Shown in pieces: positions 12,973-25,920 of a DNA stretch of 64,000 bases (within the stretch, counting starts at the first letter, position 1; the number at the start of each line of letters is the position of its first letter). The DNA is from Octopus vulgaris (taxonomy: Eukaryota), in the NCBI GenBank assembly GCA_951406725.2, contig OX597840.1:31620001-31684000 (forward strand). The letters run 5' to 3'. Below the pieces are notes generated by a model. The model searched no databases. It was not told the origin of the DNA and saw only the letters and a program-made list of their open reading frames with translations. The position numbers and the translations under genes are program-made.

Positions 12973-13234
12973 AACGGTGTTTTCTAAACTAGTTTTAAAC
13001 TTTATCAAATAACTGAAAATACTCGTCGAGTGTATCGCGTCCACAATTAACTCAATAATACTTTTTAGTATGAGCCTAATAAGCTGTGTGTGTGTGTGTG
13101 TCTGCGTGTGTAAGTTCCCTTGACACTCGAATCTCACAAGACACGCCTTAATTGGTTGCATTGAAGGATTTATAAACTAAAAGTGCTCTAGAAGTACTTA
13201 CTATTTGGTTATGACATGCTTATCTGAAAAGATA

Positions 13235-13288
<54 letters not shown>

Positions 13289-13635
13289 TCTCTCTCTTAG
13301 ACACACACACGCACACACACACATGCACCTCGTACTGAAGAAATCCAATCACACTGAAATAGCAGATGTATACGAAAGGATTGTGGGTGGAGCGAAAGAA
13401 AAGGTAATTAGCTAAATGCATAAAGATTATATTTGCATCCACACACAAGCACGCATGCGCGCACACATGCAACAAATAAACATACATACATGATGGAAGC
13501 ACTCCGTCGGTTACAATCGTTAGAGCGTCGGACAAAATGATCAGAGCCATTTTTTTTTCTGGCATTTCCCGTTCTGAGTTCAAATTCTGTGTAAGTCGAC
13601 TTTGCTTTTTATCATATCTGGGTCGATAAAATGTA

Positions 13636-14018
13636 TGGAAGCACTCCGTCGGTTACGACGACGAGGGTTCCGGTTGATCCGAATCAACGGAACAGCCTGC
13701 TCGTGAAATTAACGTGTAAATGGCTGAGCACTCCACAGACACGTGTACCCTTAACGTAGTTCTCGGGGATATTCAGCGTGACACAGATAGTGACAAGGCC
13801 GGCCCTTTGAAATACAGGTACAACAGAAAGAGGAAGTAAGAGTGAGAGAAAGTTGTGGTGAAAGAGTACAGCAGGGATCACCACCATCCCCTGCCGGAGC
13901 CTCGTGGAGCTTTTAGGTGTTTTCGCTCAATAAACACTCACAGTGCCAGTCTAGGAATCGAAACCACGATCCTATGACCGCAAGTCCGCTGCCCTAACCA
14001 CTGGGCCATTGCGCCTCC
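13636..14018 (-). mobile_element. SINE family C, full length, carrying a transduced 3' flank (13513-13635)
   Basis: Family C sequence; the flank is the reverse complement of about 18082-18206. Confidence 0.9.
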
Positions 14019-14046
14019 TATACATACATACACATATACATATACG

Positions 14047-14650
14047 TGCCAGGTTCTCCACGCACTCTCTCCATGATGTAGCCCTTGAGATGTAGGTTGT
14101 CGTGGATAGATGTATTTGAAATAGCGTGTAACTACGCGTTATCTACCAGTCTATCAACGGCAGTGGAGGCGCAATGGCCCAGTGGTTAGGACAGCGGACT
14201 CGCGGTCATAGGATCGCGGTTTCGATTCCCAGACCGGGCGTTGTGAGTGTTTATTGAGCGAAAACACCATAAAAAGCTCCACAAGGCTCCGGCAGGGGAT
14301 GGTCGTGATCTCTGCTGTACTCTTTCACCACAACTTTCTCTCACTCTTACTTCCTGTTTCTGTTGTACCTGTATTTCAAGGGGCCGGCCTTGTCACTCTC
14401 TGTGTCACGCTGAATATCCCCGAGAACTACGTTAAGGGTACACGTGTCTGTGGAGTGCTCAGCCACTTACACGTTAATTTCAAGAGCAGGCTGTTCCGTT
14501 GATTCGGATCAACCGGAACCCTCATCGTCGTAACCGACGGAGTGCTTCCATTCCATTCCATCAACGGCAAGTACCAGCCTCTTTGCTAGCACGTTCGCAA
14601 AAATCTTAGAATCTGCGTTCAGCAGAATTATGAGCCTAAACCTTCTTTGG
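14047..14650 (-). pseudogene. L1/Tx1-clade LINE reverse transcriptase fragment (second copy of the RT N-terminal part), split by SINE C
   Basis: Minus strand translates FRLIILLNADSKIFANVLAKRL...SIHDNLHL, matching the RPISLLNxDxKIxAKxLAxRL motif. Confidence 0.75.
14164..14559 (+). mobile_element. SINE family C, full length, (TTCCA)3 tail
   Basis: 10-bp TSD ATCAACGGCA at 14153-14162 and 14560-14569. Confidence 0.92.
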
Positions 14651-17290
14651 ATCTCCAGTGTGGAACTTCCACCGACCTCATTGCCCAATTGGAAGAGGGC
14701 TGTGAACGCTTACCGGCACCCCTTATGCGAAGCATCATTGCTGGGTCTACATTTATTCCAGGGCTGTGGCTCCGACAATGGCACGAGCTGCAGAAAATCT
14801 CGTCTCGCAAACGGCGACCACACCAGATACCCGTCAAGGAAACTCTGGAGATATCGCAGCGCATGTATGCACAGCATTAGCAACTGGTTGGTCCCATCCT
14901 CCACGCAGTGGCTGCTGACAATAGATGGACCATCTAACGAGACTGACCGTCTCTTTCACTGGAAGAGAAATTGCTCCATCTTGGTCAGCAACGAAGTAAG
15001 GCAAGGGACGACAGTCAAGCGATAGTAGATGACGGATGTGATGTGCGCATTCGCCAGTTCCATCCGACCCTCTGAGAGCAGCTTCCTCTTTGCACATTTC
15101 TAGAATTGACTGGCTACCCTGCTCTTCACCTCTCCTTAGTTCTTGCCCCCCTGGAGATCAAGATCAAACCAGATCTCAAGCAATTTAAGCGATCATTCCA
15201 TTCGGCGCCCTACGTCACTGTCGGATGGCATAGACCTGTTTCTCCAGGTGCAGAGCTGTAGGCCCACCGACTTATGGTCAATCACTCCTCCTAAGCGCTT
15301 CTTGACCGCTTCCTTCATCTCGATTTCCGAGATGTCCGACCCTATTTCAGTGACGTCACCCGCAGAAGTCACCGTAAACATTCCTCGTTCTAGTTCACTT
15401 ATGATACCCCTCGAAACATCGACTTCTCGTAGTAATGGCTCGATAGGCAAGTAGGTAGAGAGGGGCAAAACTGGGTATCCTTGATGTACAAAACGTGCCA
15501 TGTTAAGCGATTTCGAAAGGTGGGCATTTATTTTGACTAACAAACAGATGTCACTGCACATTGCAGCGATCCAACCTCCAAGTATCTGTTGTCGACCCTA
15601 TGAAAAGCTTTCAATTGTTCCAAATTTGTTAGGGCACATCTATGCCAGGTTTCTTACCCACTCTCTTTATGACGTAGCGTTTAAGATGGAGGTTGTCGTG
15701 GATGGATATATTTGAGATAGCACGTATTGCGCGTCACCGACCAGCATAACAATGTCAAGTGCCAACCTCTTGGCTAACACCTTGGCCAACATCTTTGCAA
15801 TCTGTGTTCAGAAGCGTTATGGGCCTAAAATGATGTATTTGTTCCCCCTTCTTTGAGTCCTTTTTCAGCAGCACTGCAACGCCATGCCTCTCATCATCAT
15901 CAGAAATTGTCCCTTTCTGCCACCAGTTACGGTAGACATCAGCAAAGGGATCACCAAACAAGCTTTTGGAGATAAAGCTTGGAGGGCAGACCATCCATTC
16001 CCAGGGACTTTTCCTCTGTGCAGCCCAGTCATTGAATCCCGCATGGTTTCGGTAGTTATATAGGCATTTCGCAGAAGTCAGCATCCCTGGCTAATAGGCG
16101 CAGCATGCCGTCGACGTAGGAAGTTAAATCCACGTGCTCAAAAGAGTTCGACAAAATATCGCTGAATTTCCGCGCACAAAGCTTGGATTCGAGTAGCATG
16201 ATCCCGCCAAAGCCCGTCAAAATTCGAAGCATGGCTTTGTTTACACGCTGCGCCTCTGCCACTCTGGCTGATCGGACGGCTTTCATCCCCTCGCATCTTA
16301 GAACACGCACTCTTGCTCTAACAGAACAGCTTTCGTGCTTGCACTGAAGACTTGATCAAGAGCAAATCTCGCCGCCAGCACTTCTGTACCCAATCCTCTT
16401 CTAAGTGCCCCTTCTAGTTTCCTAGCTAAGTCTCCCCTTTTCTAGGTTCCTCTATTTCGCTACTAAACTCTAACACACCTACTCCAATAGCCCTTTTCAG
16501 GTTTATCTACCATCGGTTGTTGTTGACGATGGCGGCGAGCTAGCAGAAACGTTAGCATGCCGGACGAAATGCGTAGCCGTATTTCGTCTACCGTTACGTT
16601 CTGAGTTCAAATTCCGCCGAGGTCGACTTTGTATTTCATCCTTTCGGGGTCGATGAATTAAGTACCAGTTACGCACTGGGGGTCGATGTAATCGACTTAA
16701 TCCGTTTGTCTGTCCTTGTTTGTCCCCGCTGTGTTTATCCCCTTGTGGGTAGTAAAGAAATAGGTATTTCGTCTGCCGCTACGTTCTGCGTTCAAATTCC
16801 GCCGAGGTCGACTTTGCCTTTCATCCTTTCGGGGTCGATGAATTAAGTACCAGTTGCGCACTGGGGTCGATGTAATCGACTTAATCCGTTTGTCTGTCCT
16901 TGTTTATCCTCTCTGTGTTTAGCCCCTTGTGGGTAGTAAAGAAATAGGTATTTCGTCGGCCGTTACGTTCTGAGTTCAAATTCCACCGAGGTCGACTTTG
17001 CCTTTCATCCTCTCGGGGGTCGATGAATTAAGTACCAGTTACGCACTGGGGTCGATATAATCGACTTGATCCGTTTGTCTGTCCTTGTTCGTCCTCTCTG
17101 TGTTTAGCCCCTTGTGGGTAGTAAAGAAATAGGTTGTTGTTGACGATTGCAGCTGACAACTTCCGATGGACTAACTTGTTAATCAGGTCCCGGAATGCTT
17201 GACGAGCCGGGAAAGAGACGTTCAATTCCAACAGCCATGTTGCTACTACAGATTCCAAATTTGCAGTCTCGGCAGCCGACGATTTGGAAC
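14650..17290 (-). pseudogene. Decayed L1/Tx1-clade LINE ORF2 (linker, RT, C-terminal part), interrupted by SINE B trimer
   Basis: ORF 15755-16084 has VLLKKD...FRPITLLNTD; ORF 15193-15561 has HQGYPVLPL...IEPLLR (QGCPLSP-like) and SAGDVT (YADD-like); stops and frameshifts present. Confidence 0.8.
16531..17131 (+). mobile_element. SINE family B trimer (head plus three units of about 184 bp)
   Basis: Junction GAAATAG|GTATTTCGTC at about 16763 and 16947; single 16-bp TSD GGTTGTTGTTGACGAT at 16515-16530 and 17132-17147. Confidence 0.92.
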
Positions 17291-17402
17291 GAAGAAGAGT
17301 AATAAATTTCTTTCTACTACAAAAACAAGGTCTGAAATTTTGATTGACGCCCTATTCGATTACATTGACTCTAGTGTTCAACTGGTACTTATTTTATCGA
17401 CG

Positions 17403-18080
17403 TGGAGGCGCAATGGCCGAGTGGTTAGGACAGCGGACTCGCGGTCATAGGATCGCGGTTTCGATTCCCAGACCGGGCGTTGTGAGTGTTTATTGAGCGA
17501 AAACACCTAAAGCTCCACGAGGCTCCGGCAGGGGATGGTGGTGATCCCTGCTGTACTCTTTCACCACAACTTTCTCTCACTCTTACTTCCTGTTTCTGTT
17601 GTACCTGTATTTCAAAGGGCCGGCCTTGTCACTATCTGTGTCACGCTGAATATCCCCGAGAACTACGTTAAGGGTACACGTGTCTGTGGAGTGCTCAGCC
17701 ACTTACACGTTAATTTCAGGAGCAGGCTGTTCCGTTGATTCGGATCAACCGGAACCCTCGTCATCGTAACCGACGGAGTGCTTCCATATTGAGCGAAAAC
17801 ACCTAAAGCTCCACGAGGCTCCGGCAGGGGATGGTGGTGATCCCTGCTGTACTCTTTCACCACAACTTTCTCTCACTCTTACTTCCTGTTTCTCTTGTAC
17901 CTGTATTTCAAAGGGCCGGCCTTGTCACTCTCTGTCTCACGCTGAATATCCCCGAGAACTACGTTAAGGGTACACGTGTCTGTGGAGTGCTCAGCCACTT
18001 ACACGTTAATTTCACGAGCAGGCTGTTCCGTTGATTCGGATCAACCGGAACCTTCGTCGTCGTAACCGACGGAGTGCTTC
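17403..18080 (+). mobile_element. SINE family C dimer (296-bp body repeated), nested in an old B-type SINE
   Basis: Junction GCTTCCA|TATTGAGCG at 17786/17787; TSD-like ATTTTATCGAC on both sides. Confidence 0.9.
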
Positions 18081-18503
18081 GATACATTTTATCGACCCAG
18101 ATATGATAAAAAGCAAAGTCGACTTACACAGAATTTGAACTCAGAATGGGAAATGCCAGAAAAAAAAAATGGCTCTGATCATTTTGTCCGACGCTCTAAC
18201 GATTGTGACAGCTCAATAATTTATTCGTTCTAATTTAGGCACAATGGCAGCCATTTTAGTGGAGCGAGAAATCGTTTATATCGATCCCAGTACTCGATTC
18301 CTACTTATTTTATCGACTCAGAAAGGACGAAAGGTAAAATCGACTTCTGCAGGATTTGAACTAAGAACCCGGAGAGCTCAAATAATTGTCGCTAAGTATT
18401 TGGTTCTGCTTGTTCGCAACCTTAATAGACGATTACATCGACCAACGATTGTACTAACATTCCGCCAGCTTACCACTATTTTTTTTTTTTAATCCTTTCT
18501 GAA

Positions 18504-18887
18504 TGGAAGCACTCCGTCGGTTACGACGATGAGGGTTCCGGTTGATCCGAATCAACGAAACAGCCTGCTCGTGAAATTAACGTGTAAGTGGCTGAGCACT
18601 CCACAGACACGTGTACCCTTAACGTAGTTCTCGGGGATATTCAGCGTGAGACAGAGAGTGACAAGGCCGGCCCTTTGAAATACAGGTACAACAGAAACAG
18701 GAAGTAAGAGTGAGAGAAAGTTGTGGTGAAAGAGTACAGCAGGGATCACCACCATCCCCTGCCGGAGCCTCGTGGAGCTTTTAAGTGTTTTCGCTCAATA
18801 AACACTCACAACGCCCGGTCTGGGAATCGAAACCGCGATCCTATGACCGCGAGTCCACTGCCCTAACCACTGGGCCATTGCGCCTCC
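18504..18887 (-). mobile_element. SINE family C, full length
   Basis: TSD AATCCTTTCT at 18491-18500 and 18888-18897. Confidence 0.92.
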
Positions 18888-19037
18888 AATCCTTTCTACT
18901 GTAGATACAAAGACTGAAATTATAAGGGAGGTGATTATTCGATTGCATCGACACCAGTCTTCAATGATATTTATTTTATCTGCCCAGAAAGGATGAAAGG
19001 CAAAGTCAACCTCGGCAGAATTCGATCTGAGAATTAA

Positions 19038-19636
19038 GGCGGCGAGCTGGCAGAAACGTTAGCACGCCGGACGAAAGCTTAGTAGTATTTCGTCTGCCGT
19101 TACGTTCTGAGTCCAAATCCCGCCGAGGTCGACTTTGCCTTTCATCCGTTCGATGTCGATTAAATAAGTACCAGTTACGCACTGGGGTCAATGTAATCGA
19201 CTTCATCCGTGTGTCTGTCCTTGTTTGTCCCCTCTGTGTTTAGCCCCTTGTGGGTAGTAAAGAAATAGGTATTTCGTCGGCCGCTACGTTCTGAGTTCAA
19301 ATTCCGCCGAGGTCAACTTTGCCTTTCACCCTTTCGGGATCGATTAAATAAGTACCAGTTACGCACTGGGGTCGATATAATCGACTTGATCCGTTTGTCT
19401 GTCCTTGTTCGTCCTCTCTGTGTTTAGACCCTTGTGGGTAGTAAAGAAATAGGTATTTCGTCGGCCGCTACGTTCTGAGTTCAAATTTCGCCGAGGTCGA
19501 CTTTGCCTTTCACCCTTTCGGGATCGATAAATTAAGTACCAGTTACGCACTGGGGTCGATGTAATTGACTTAATCTCTCTGTCTGTCCTTGTTTGTCCCA
19601 CTATGTTTAGCCCCTTGTGGGCAATAAATAAATAAG
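19038..19636 (+). mobile_element. SINE family B trimer with a distinct terminal unit (GGGCAATAAA...AAATAA)
   Basis: Same junction as the 16531 locus, at about 19269 and 19452. Confidence 0.9.
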
Positions 19637-19681
19637 AATTCGTTCCAAGAATGTGAAATGCTATAGGAAATGCTACCTATA

Positions 19682-20099
19682 GGCGCAGGAGTGACTGTGT
19701 GGTAAGTAGATTGCTTGCCAACCACACGGTTCCGGGTTCAGTCCAACTGCGTGGCATCTTGGGCAAGTGTTTTCTGCTATAGCCTCGGGCCAACCAATGC
19801 CTTGTGAGTGGATTTGGTAGACGGAAACTTAAAGAAGCCTGTCTTATATATATGTATATATATATATATGCGTGTGTGTGTTTGTGTGTCTGTGTTTGTC
19901 CCCCTAGCATTGCTTGACAATCGATGCTGGTGTGTTTATGTCCCCGTTACTTAGCGGTTCGGCAAAAAGAGACCGATAGAATAAGTACTGGGCTTACAAA
20001 AAAAGAATAAGTCCCGGGGTCGAGTTGCTCGACTAAAGGCGGTGCTCCAGCATGGCCGCAGTCAAATGACTGAAACATGTAAAAGAGTAAAAAGAGTAA
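19682..20099 (+). mobile_element. SINE family A, full length
   Basis: GGCGCAGGAG head through GTAAAAGAGTAA tail. Confidence 0.92.
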
Positions 20100-20149
20100 G
20101 CACCGCCGACGGTGCTAACGAATCTGCCGTTGTACCGACCTACTAATTC

Positions 20150-20332
20150 TAAGCAAGTCTTTCTATTCTGGGCACAAGACCTGAAACTTTTGGGGGCCAG
20201 TCGATTACAGCAGCCTCCAGTACTTGACTGGTACTTATTTCATTGAGCCCGAAACGATAAAACGCAAAGTCGTCCTCGGTTGTATTCGAACTCAGAACGT
20301 AGAGACGGAAGAAATGCCGTTGACGCGCCAAC
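20150..20332 (-). mobile_element. Old B-related SINE with alternative tail
   Basis: Reverse complement shows B-box GAGTTCGAATAC, the central domain and a ...CAGGTCTTGTGCC...TAGAAAG tail. Confidence 0.6.
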
Positions 20333-20639
20333 CATCCACCAAACTTAATCTAAATAATGAGTTGTTATGTGCTGTTGGTTGATGTTGTTGCTGTTGCTGC
20401 GTACGTGTGTGGAACCGTTATTTATTTCCTCCTTTCTTTCTTTCTTCCGTTCTGTCTTTTGTCTCTCAAATCGCCATACTTTATTACCGTAATCTATATT
20501 TATCGATAGTTAATCAATCGTATCACACTGTTTAGCTTGTGGGTGGATGAGAAGCAGGTATAGTGGAAGATGTGGCGGCGATGGTAGTGGCCGGTGGTGG
20601 TGGTGGTGGTCATATCAATTGGTTTCTATGCACATATAT

Positions 20640-21182
20640 ATGTGTGTGTGTGTGTGTGTGTGTCTGTGTGTGTGTTTGTGTGTCTGTGTGTGCGTGTTTG
20701 TCTGTGTGTGTGTCTCTGTGTGTGTGTGTGTGTGTGTGCTTGTGTGTGTGTTTGTGTGTGTGTCTGTGTGTGTCTGTGTGTGTTTATGTGTGTGCGTTTG
20801 TGTCTGAGTGTGTGTGCATGTGTGCGTGTGTGTGTCTGCGTGTCTGTGTGTGTGTTTGTGTGTCTGTGTGTCTGTGTGTATGTGTGCATGTGTGTGTGTG
20901 TCTGTGTGTCTGTGTGTGTGTTTGTGTGTGTGAGTGCATGTGTGTGTGTGTCTGTGTGTCTCTGTGTGGGGGTTTCTGTGTGTGTGTGTGTGTGTGTGCA
21001 TGTGTGTCTGTGTGTCTGTGTGTCTCTGTGTGGGGGTTTCTGTGTGTGTGTCTGTGTGTGTGTTTGTGTGTGTGTGTGTGCATGCGTGTGTGTGTCTGTG
21101 TCTGTGTTTCTGTGTGTCTGTGTGTCTGTGTGTGTTTGTGTGTGCATGTATGTGTGTGTGTGCATGTGTGTGTGTGCATGCG
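20640..21182. repeat. Degenerate (GT)n microsatellite with internal sub-duplications
   Basis: Direct reading; CTCTGTGTGGGGGTTTCTG occurs twice. Confidence 0.95.
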
Positions 21183-21768
21183 CCTACGACTGTTTAATTC
21201 AGCGTTGTCGTCGTCGTCGGAGCTGTTGGGGAGCTGCAGATACGATACGATACGATCCGAGTCGAAACGGTGCGGCGCTGTACGGTGGAGGGCGCGATGG
21301 GATCTCATGTTGTATTCTGTGTGTGGATGCGTTAGTGTGTGGTTTAATTTGGTTGAGGTTGTAGGTAGGTGGAGGTGGGTCCGGCTGGATCGCGTTGGAT
21401 TCGTTTGGACAAAGAGAAGTGGACAAAGAGACCAGCCAGACAAATGACTTGAAACTAAGAAAGAACAAACATCTGCCGCAATAAATTCTTCATAATTTTG
21501 GCGTGGGTGGTTGACATAAAAGAATCCGAAGCGGCTGATTATATAAATATCGTTTATTCTCCTTAATTACTCCGCTTTTTATATTGAATGTTATAAAAGA
21601 CAAAAAAAAAAAAACTAGGAGTAGATATGGTTGTGTAGGGACAGGCATGTCTGCGTGGTTAACATGCTCGCTTTGGGAGCCACATGGCTTCGGGTTCAAA
21701 ATCCCACTGCGCAGAAACGTGGATTGTGTGCAACCAATTCCTTGTGAGTGTATTTCATAGATGGAAAC

Positions 21769-22180
21769 CTATTTCTTTACTACCCACAAGGGGCTAAACA
21801 CAGAGAGGACAAACAAGGACAGACAAACGGATTAAGTTGATTATATCGACCCCAGTGCGTAACTGGTACTTATTTAATCGACCCCGGAAGGATGAAAGGC
21901 AAAGTCGACCTCGGCGGAATTTGATCTCAGAACGTAGCGGCAGACGAAATACCCATTTCTTTACTACCCACAAGGGGCTAAACACAGAGAGGACAAACAA
22001 GGACAGACAAACGGATTAAGTCGATTATATCGACCCCAGTGCGTAACTGGTACTTATTTAATCGACCCCGGAAGGATGAAAGGCAAAGTCGACCTCGGCG
22101 GAATTTGAACTCAGAACGTAACGGCAGACGAAATACGGCTACGCATTTCGCCCGGCGTGCTAACGTTTCTGCCAGCTCGC
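21769..22180 (-). mobile_element. SINE family B dimer
   Basis: Reverse complement of family B, junction at about 21952. Confidence 0.9.
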
Positions 22181-22260
22181 TGTACGGAAGCCCATCTTAC
22201 TTACATACAGACACATATATACATGTAATTTTTAGACTAATGGGTATATGTCAGTTTGAA

Positions 22261-22469
22261 GGCGGCGAGCTGGCAGAATCGTTAGCACGCCGGGCGAAAT
22301 GCCTAGCAGTATTTCGTCTGCCGTTACGTTCTGAGTTCAAATTCCGCCGAGGTCGACTTTGGCTTTCATCCTTTCGGGGTCGATGAATTAAGTACTAGTT
22401 GCGTAGTGGGGTCGGTCTAATCGACTGGCCCCCTCTCCCAAAATTTCGGGCATTGTGGCTATAGTAGAA

Positions 22470-22471
<2 letters not shown>
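22261..22471 (+). mobile_element. SINE B head and central domain with alternative 3' tail
   Basis: Matches family B up to AAGTAC, then CCCCCTCTCCCAAAATTTCGGGCATTGTGGCTATAGTAGAAA. Confidence 0.85.
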
Positions 22472-22532
<61 letters not shown>

Positions 22533-22781
22533 TGTTATACTGAGCGTTGATTTTTATCGTTTAATTTTACTTGTTTTCCTACTTGGACTGTGCCCATACT
22601 GTAGCACCACCTCAACATACATAGTCGAACAAATCGTCCCCAGGACTTATTTTTAAGTTTGGTACTTATACTATCGGTCGCTTAGACCGAATCGCTGGAC
22701 AACTGAGATATAAACAAACCAACACCGACTGCTAAATGCTCGGAGAGATGACACACATACCGGTATAGATATAACACACAT

Positions 22782-22825
<44 letters not shown>

Positions 22826-22854
22826 GCGTGCATACACATACACATATATAACTA

Positions 22855-23217
22855 ATCGATTTAGGAAAGAAAAAATGGATTTGGTATTAGTCTTTATTCT
22901 GTAGAACGGTCGTTTCGACCTATCCTCCGAATCTTCTTTATGAGTGGGATGCTGAACGCCATATTGTGTTGCATCAGTTTTGCAGTCTGGGTCACGTCAG
23001 GTACATGCATCCATAAAGTAGTGTCATGCTAAAAATATTGAGCTCAGGCAGTTATATTCGTATTCTTCCCGCTTCATTAGCGAATGGAGCTTTGCTATAA
23101 TTGGCCTTAAGTTAAATATTCATAACAAGATAATTGTAAATCGCAGGACGGATCGAAATGAATATCGTACGGCATAAAGCTTAATGCCAAATCCATTTTG
23201 TCTTTCCTTAATCGATT
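22855..23217. mobile_element. Old inverted-repeat PLE-like remnant with degenerate hammerhead (minus strand, about 22898-23004)
   Basis: 22855-22930 is a diverged inverted copy of about 23143-23217; minus strand reads GTAC-CTGACGt-GACC...GGTC-GAAA-C-GACC-GT. Confidence 0.45.
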
Positions 23218-23356
23218 ATTCTCTCAACTAACACTGCGGATTTCCTGAAGTAGATCCAACGGAAATATACCCCAACTGCGAATGACACCAGGTGGCACAA
23301 AATGTGTCCGTGCTCTACTCAACACTTCAAAACACTAACTGACATATACCCCATTT

Positions 23357-24140
23357 GGGGTCGATGTAATGACTTAATCCGTTTGTCTGTCCTTGTTTGT
23401 CCTCTCTGTGTTTAACCCCTTGTGGGTAGTAAAGAAACAGGTATTTCGTCGGCCGCTACGTTCTGAGTTCAAATTCCGCCGAGGTCGACTCTGCCTTTCA
23501 CCCTTTCGGGGTCGATTAAATAAGTACCAGTGACGCACTGGGGTCGATATAATCGACTTGATCCGTTTGTCTGTCCTTGTTTGTCCTCTCTGTGTTTAGA
23601 CCCTTGTGGGTAGTAAAGAAATAGGTATTTCGTCGGCCGCTACGTTCTGAGTTCAAATTCCGCCGAGGTCAACTTTGCCTTTCATCCTTTCGGGGTCGAT
23701 TAAATAAGTACCAGTTACGCACTGGGGTCGATATAATCGACTTAATCCGTTTCTCTGTCCTTGTTCGTCCTCTCTGTGTTTAGACCCTTGTGGGTAGTAA
23801 AGAAATAGGTATTTCGTCGGCCGCTACGTTCTGAGTTCAAATCCCACGAAGGTCGACTTTAATTTTTATCCTTTCGGGATCTAGTAAATAAGTACCAGTG
23901 AACCACTGGGGTCAATATGATCGACTAATACCTTCCCACAAACGTTTAGACGCCGGACAAGACGCTTAGCGACATTTGGTTCGTCTTCACGTTCTGAGTT
24001 CAAATCCTGCCGAGGTCAACTTTTCATTTCATCCTTCCTGGGTGGATAAAATAAGCTCCAGTTGGACACTGGGGTCGATGTAATTGACTATTCCCCACCC
24101 CATAAATTTCAGGTCTCGTGCCTTCAGTAGAAAGGATTCT
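23357..24140 (+). mobile_element. SINE B multimer (5'-truncated) running into older B-type units
   Basis: Junctions at about 23440, 23624 and 23809. Confidence 0.85.
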
Positions 24141-24168
24141 TCTTCTTCTTCTTCTTCATCTTCTTCTT

Positions 24169-24251
<83 letters not shown>

Positions 24252-24275
24252 TACTATTATTATTATTATCATTAT
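24138..24275. repeat. (TTC)n followed by (ATT)n microsatellite
   Basis: Direct reading. Confidence 0.95.
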
Positions 24276-24941
<666 letters not shown>

Positions 24942-25104
24942 CATTATTATTATTATTATTATTAATTTACTTCATCATGTACAACTACGTGTGTACTCAC
25001 ATTTATGTATTTTATTCATTTTCAGAAAAATTGAAACGACTTTGACAATTCCATGAAATTTACCTCTTTCTCTCTCGCTTTCTTTCTCTTTCTCTCTCTC
25101 TCTC

Positions 25105-25159
<55 letters not shown>

Positions 25160-25172
25160 CAAAAAATTTTAT

Positions 25173-25739
25173 ATACGTCTCCACACATACACACACATAT
25201 TCACACAAGGAAACACATGCACACAAGGATACACATGCACACACACACACACACATATCATGCTCGCATAATGGATTACGGAACAGAACAGACATAAAAC
25301 TAATCGTGTAGGTGGCGAACTAGACAGCGGAGCTGAGAAGTCTGACGAAGGTGACGATGAGAAGGAAGATAAAGAAGGAAAAGAAAGATGAAGAGGGGAG
25401 AAGTTAGCGTGAAGCGAGCGTTTGTATGAATGTGCATTGCGTTGACATTCACATGACTAATTACCGAGCTAAATAGAAACTCAAATACGCCATTTTCCGC
25501 AGAGCTGTTCTCTCCGTCTCGCACACTCCCCGAAGCTCGCTCGCATGCACATTCGCCCATAGACACATGCTGACACACAGCCAGAACAACTAGAACAACC
25601 AGAACACACAAACACGCAAGTACACACTCGTACATATACGTATGCGCGCGCGCGCGCGCGCGCGCGCGCGCGCGCGCGCGCGCGCGCGCGCGCGCGCGCG
25701 CGCGCGCGCGCGCGCGCGCGCGCGCGCGCGCGCGCGCCA

Positions 25740-25804
<65 letters not shown>

Positions 25805-25814
25805 ATATGCATAT

Positions 25815-25847
<33 letters not shown>

Positions 25848-25851
25848 ATAT

Positions 25852-25920
<69 letters not shown>

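Noticed and set aside
14164-14245. tRNA-Arg-like sequence (and other SINE heads) as tRNA genes
   Set aside because: Acceptor and anticodon stems are imperfect and each head continues into a SINE body, several with TSDs
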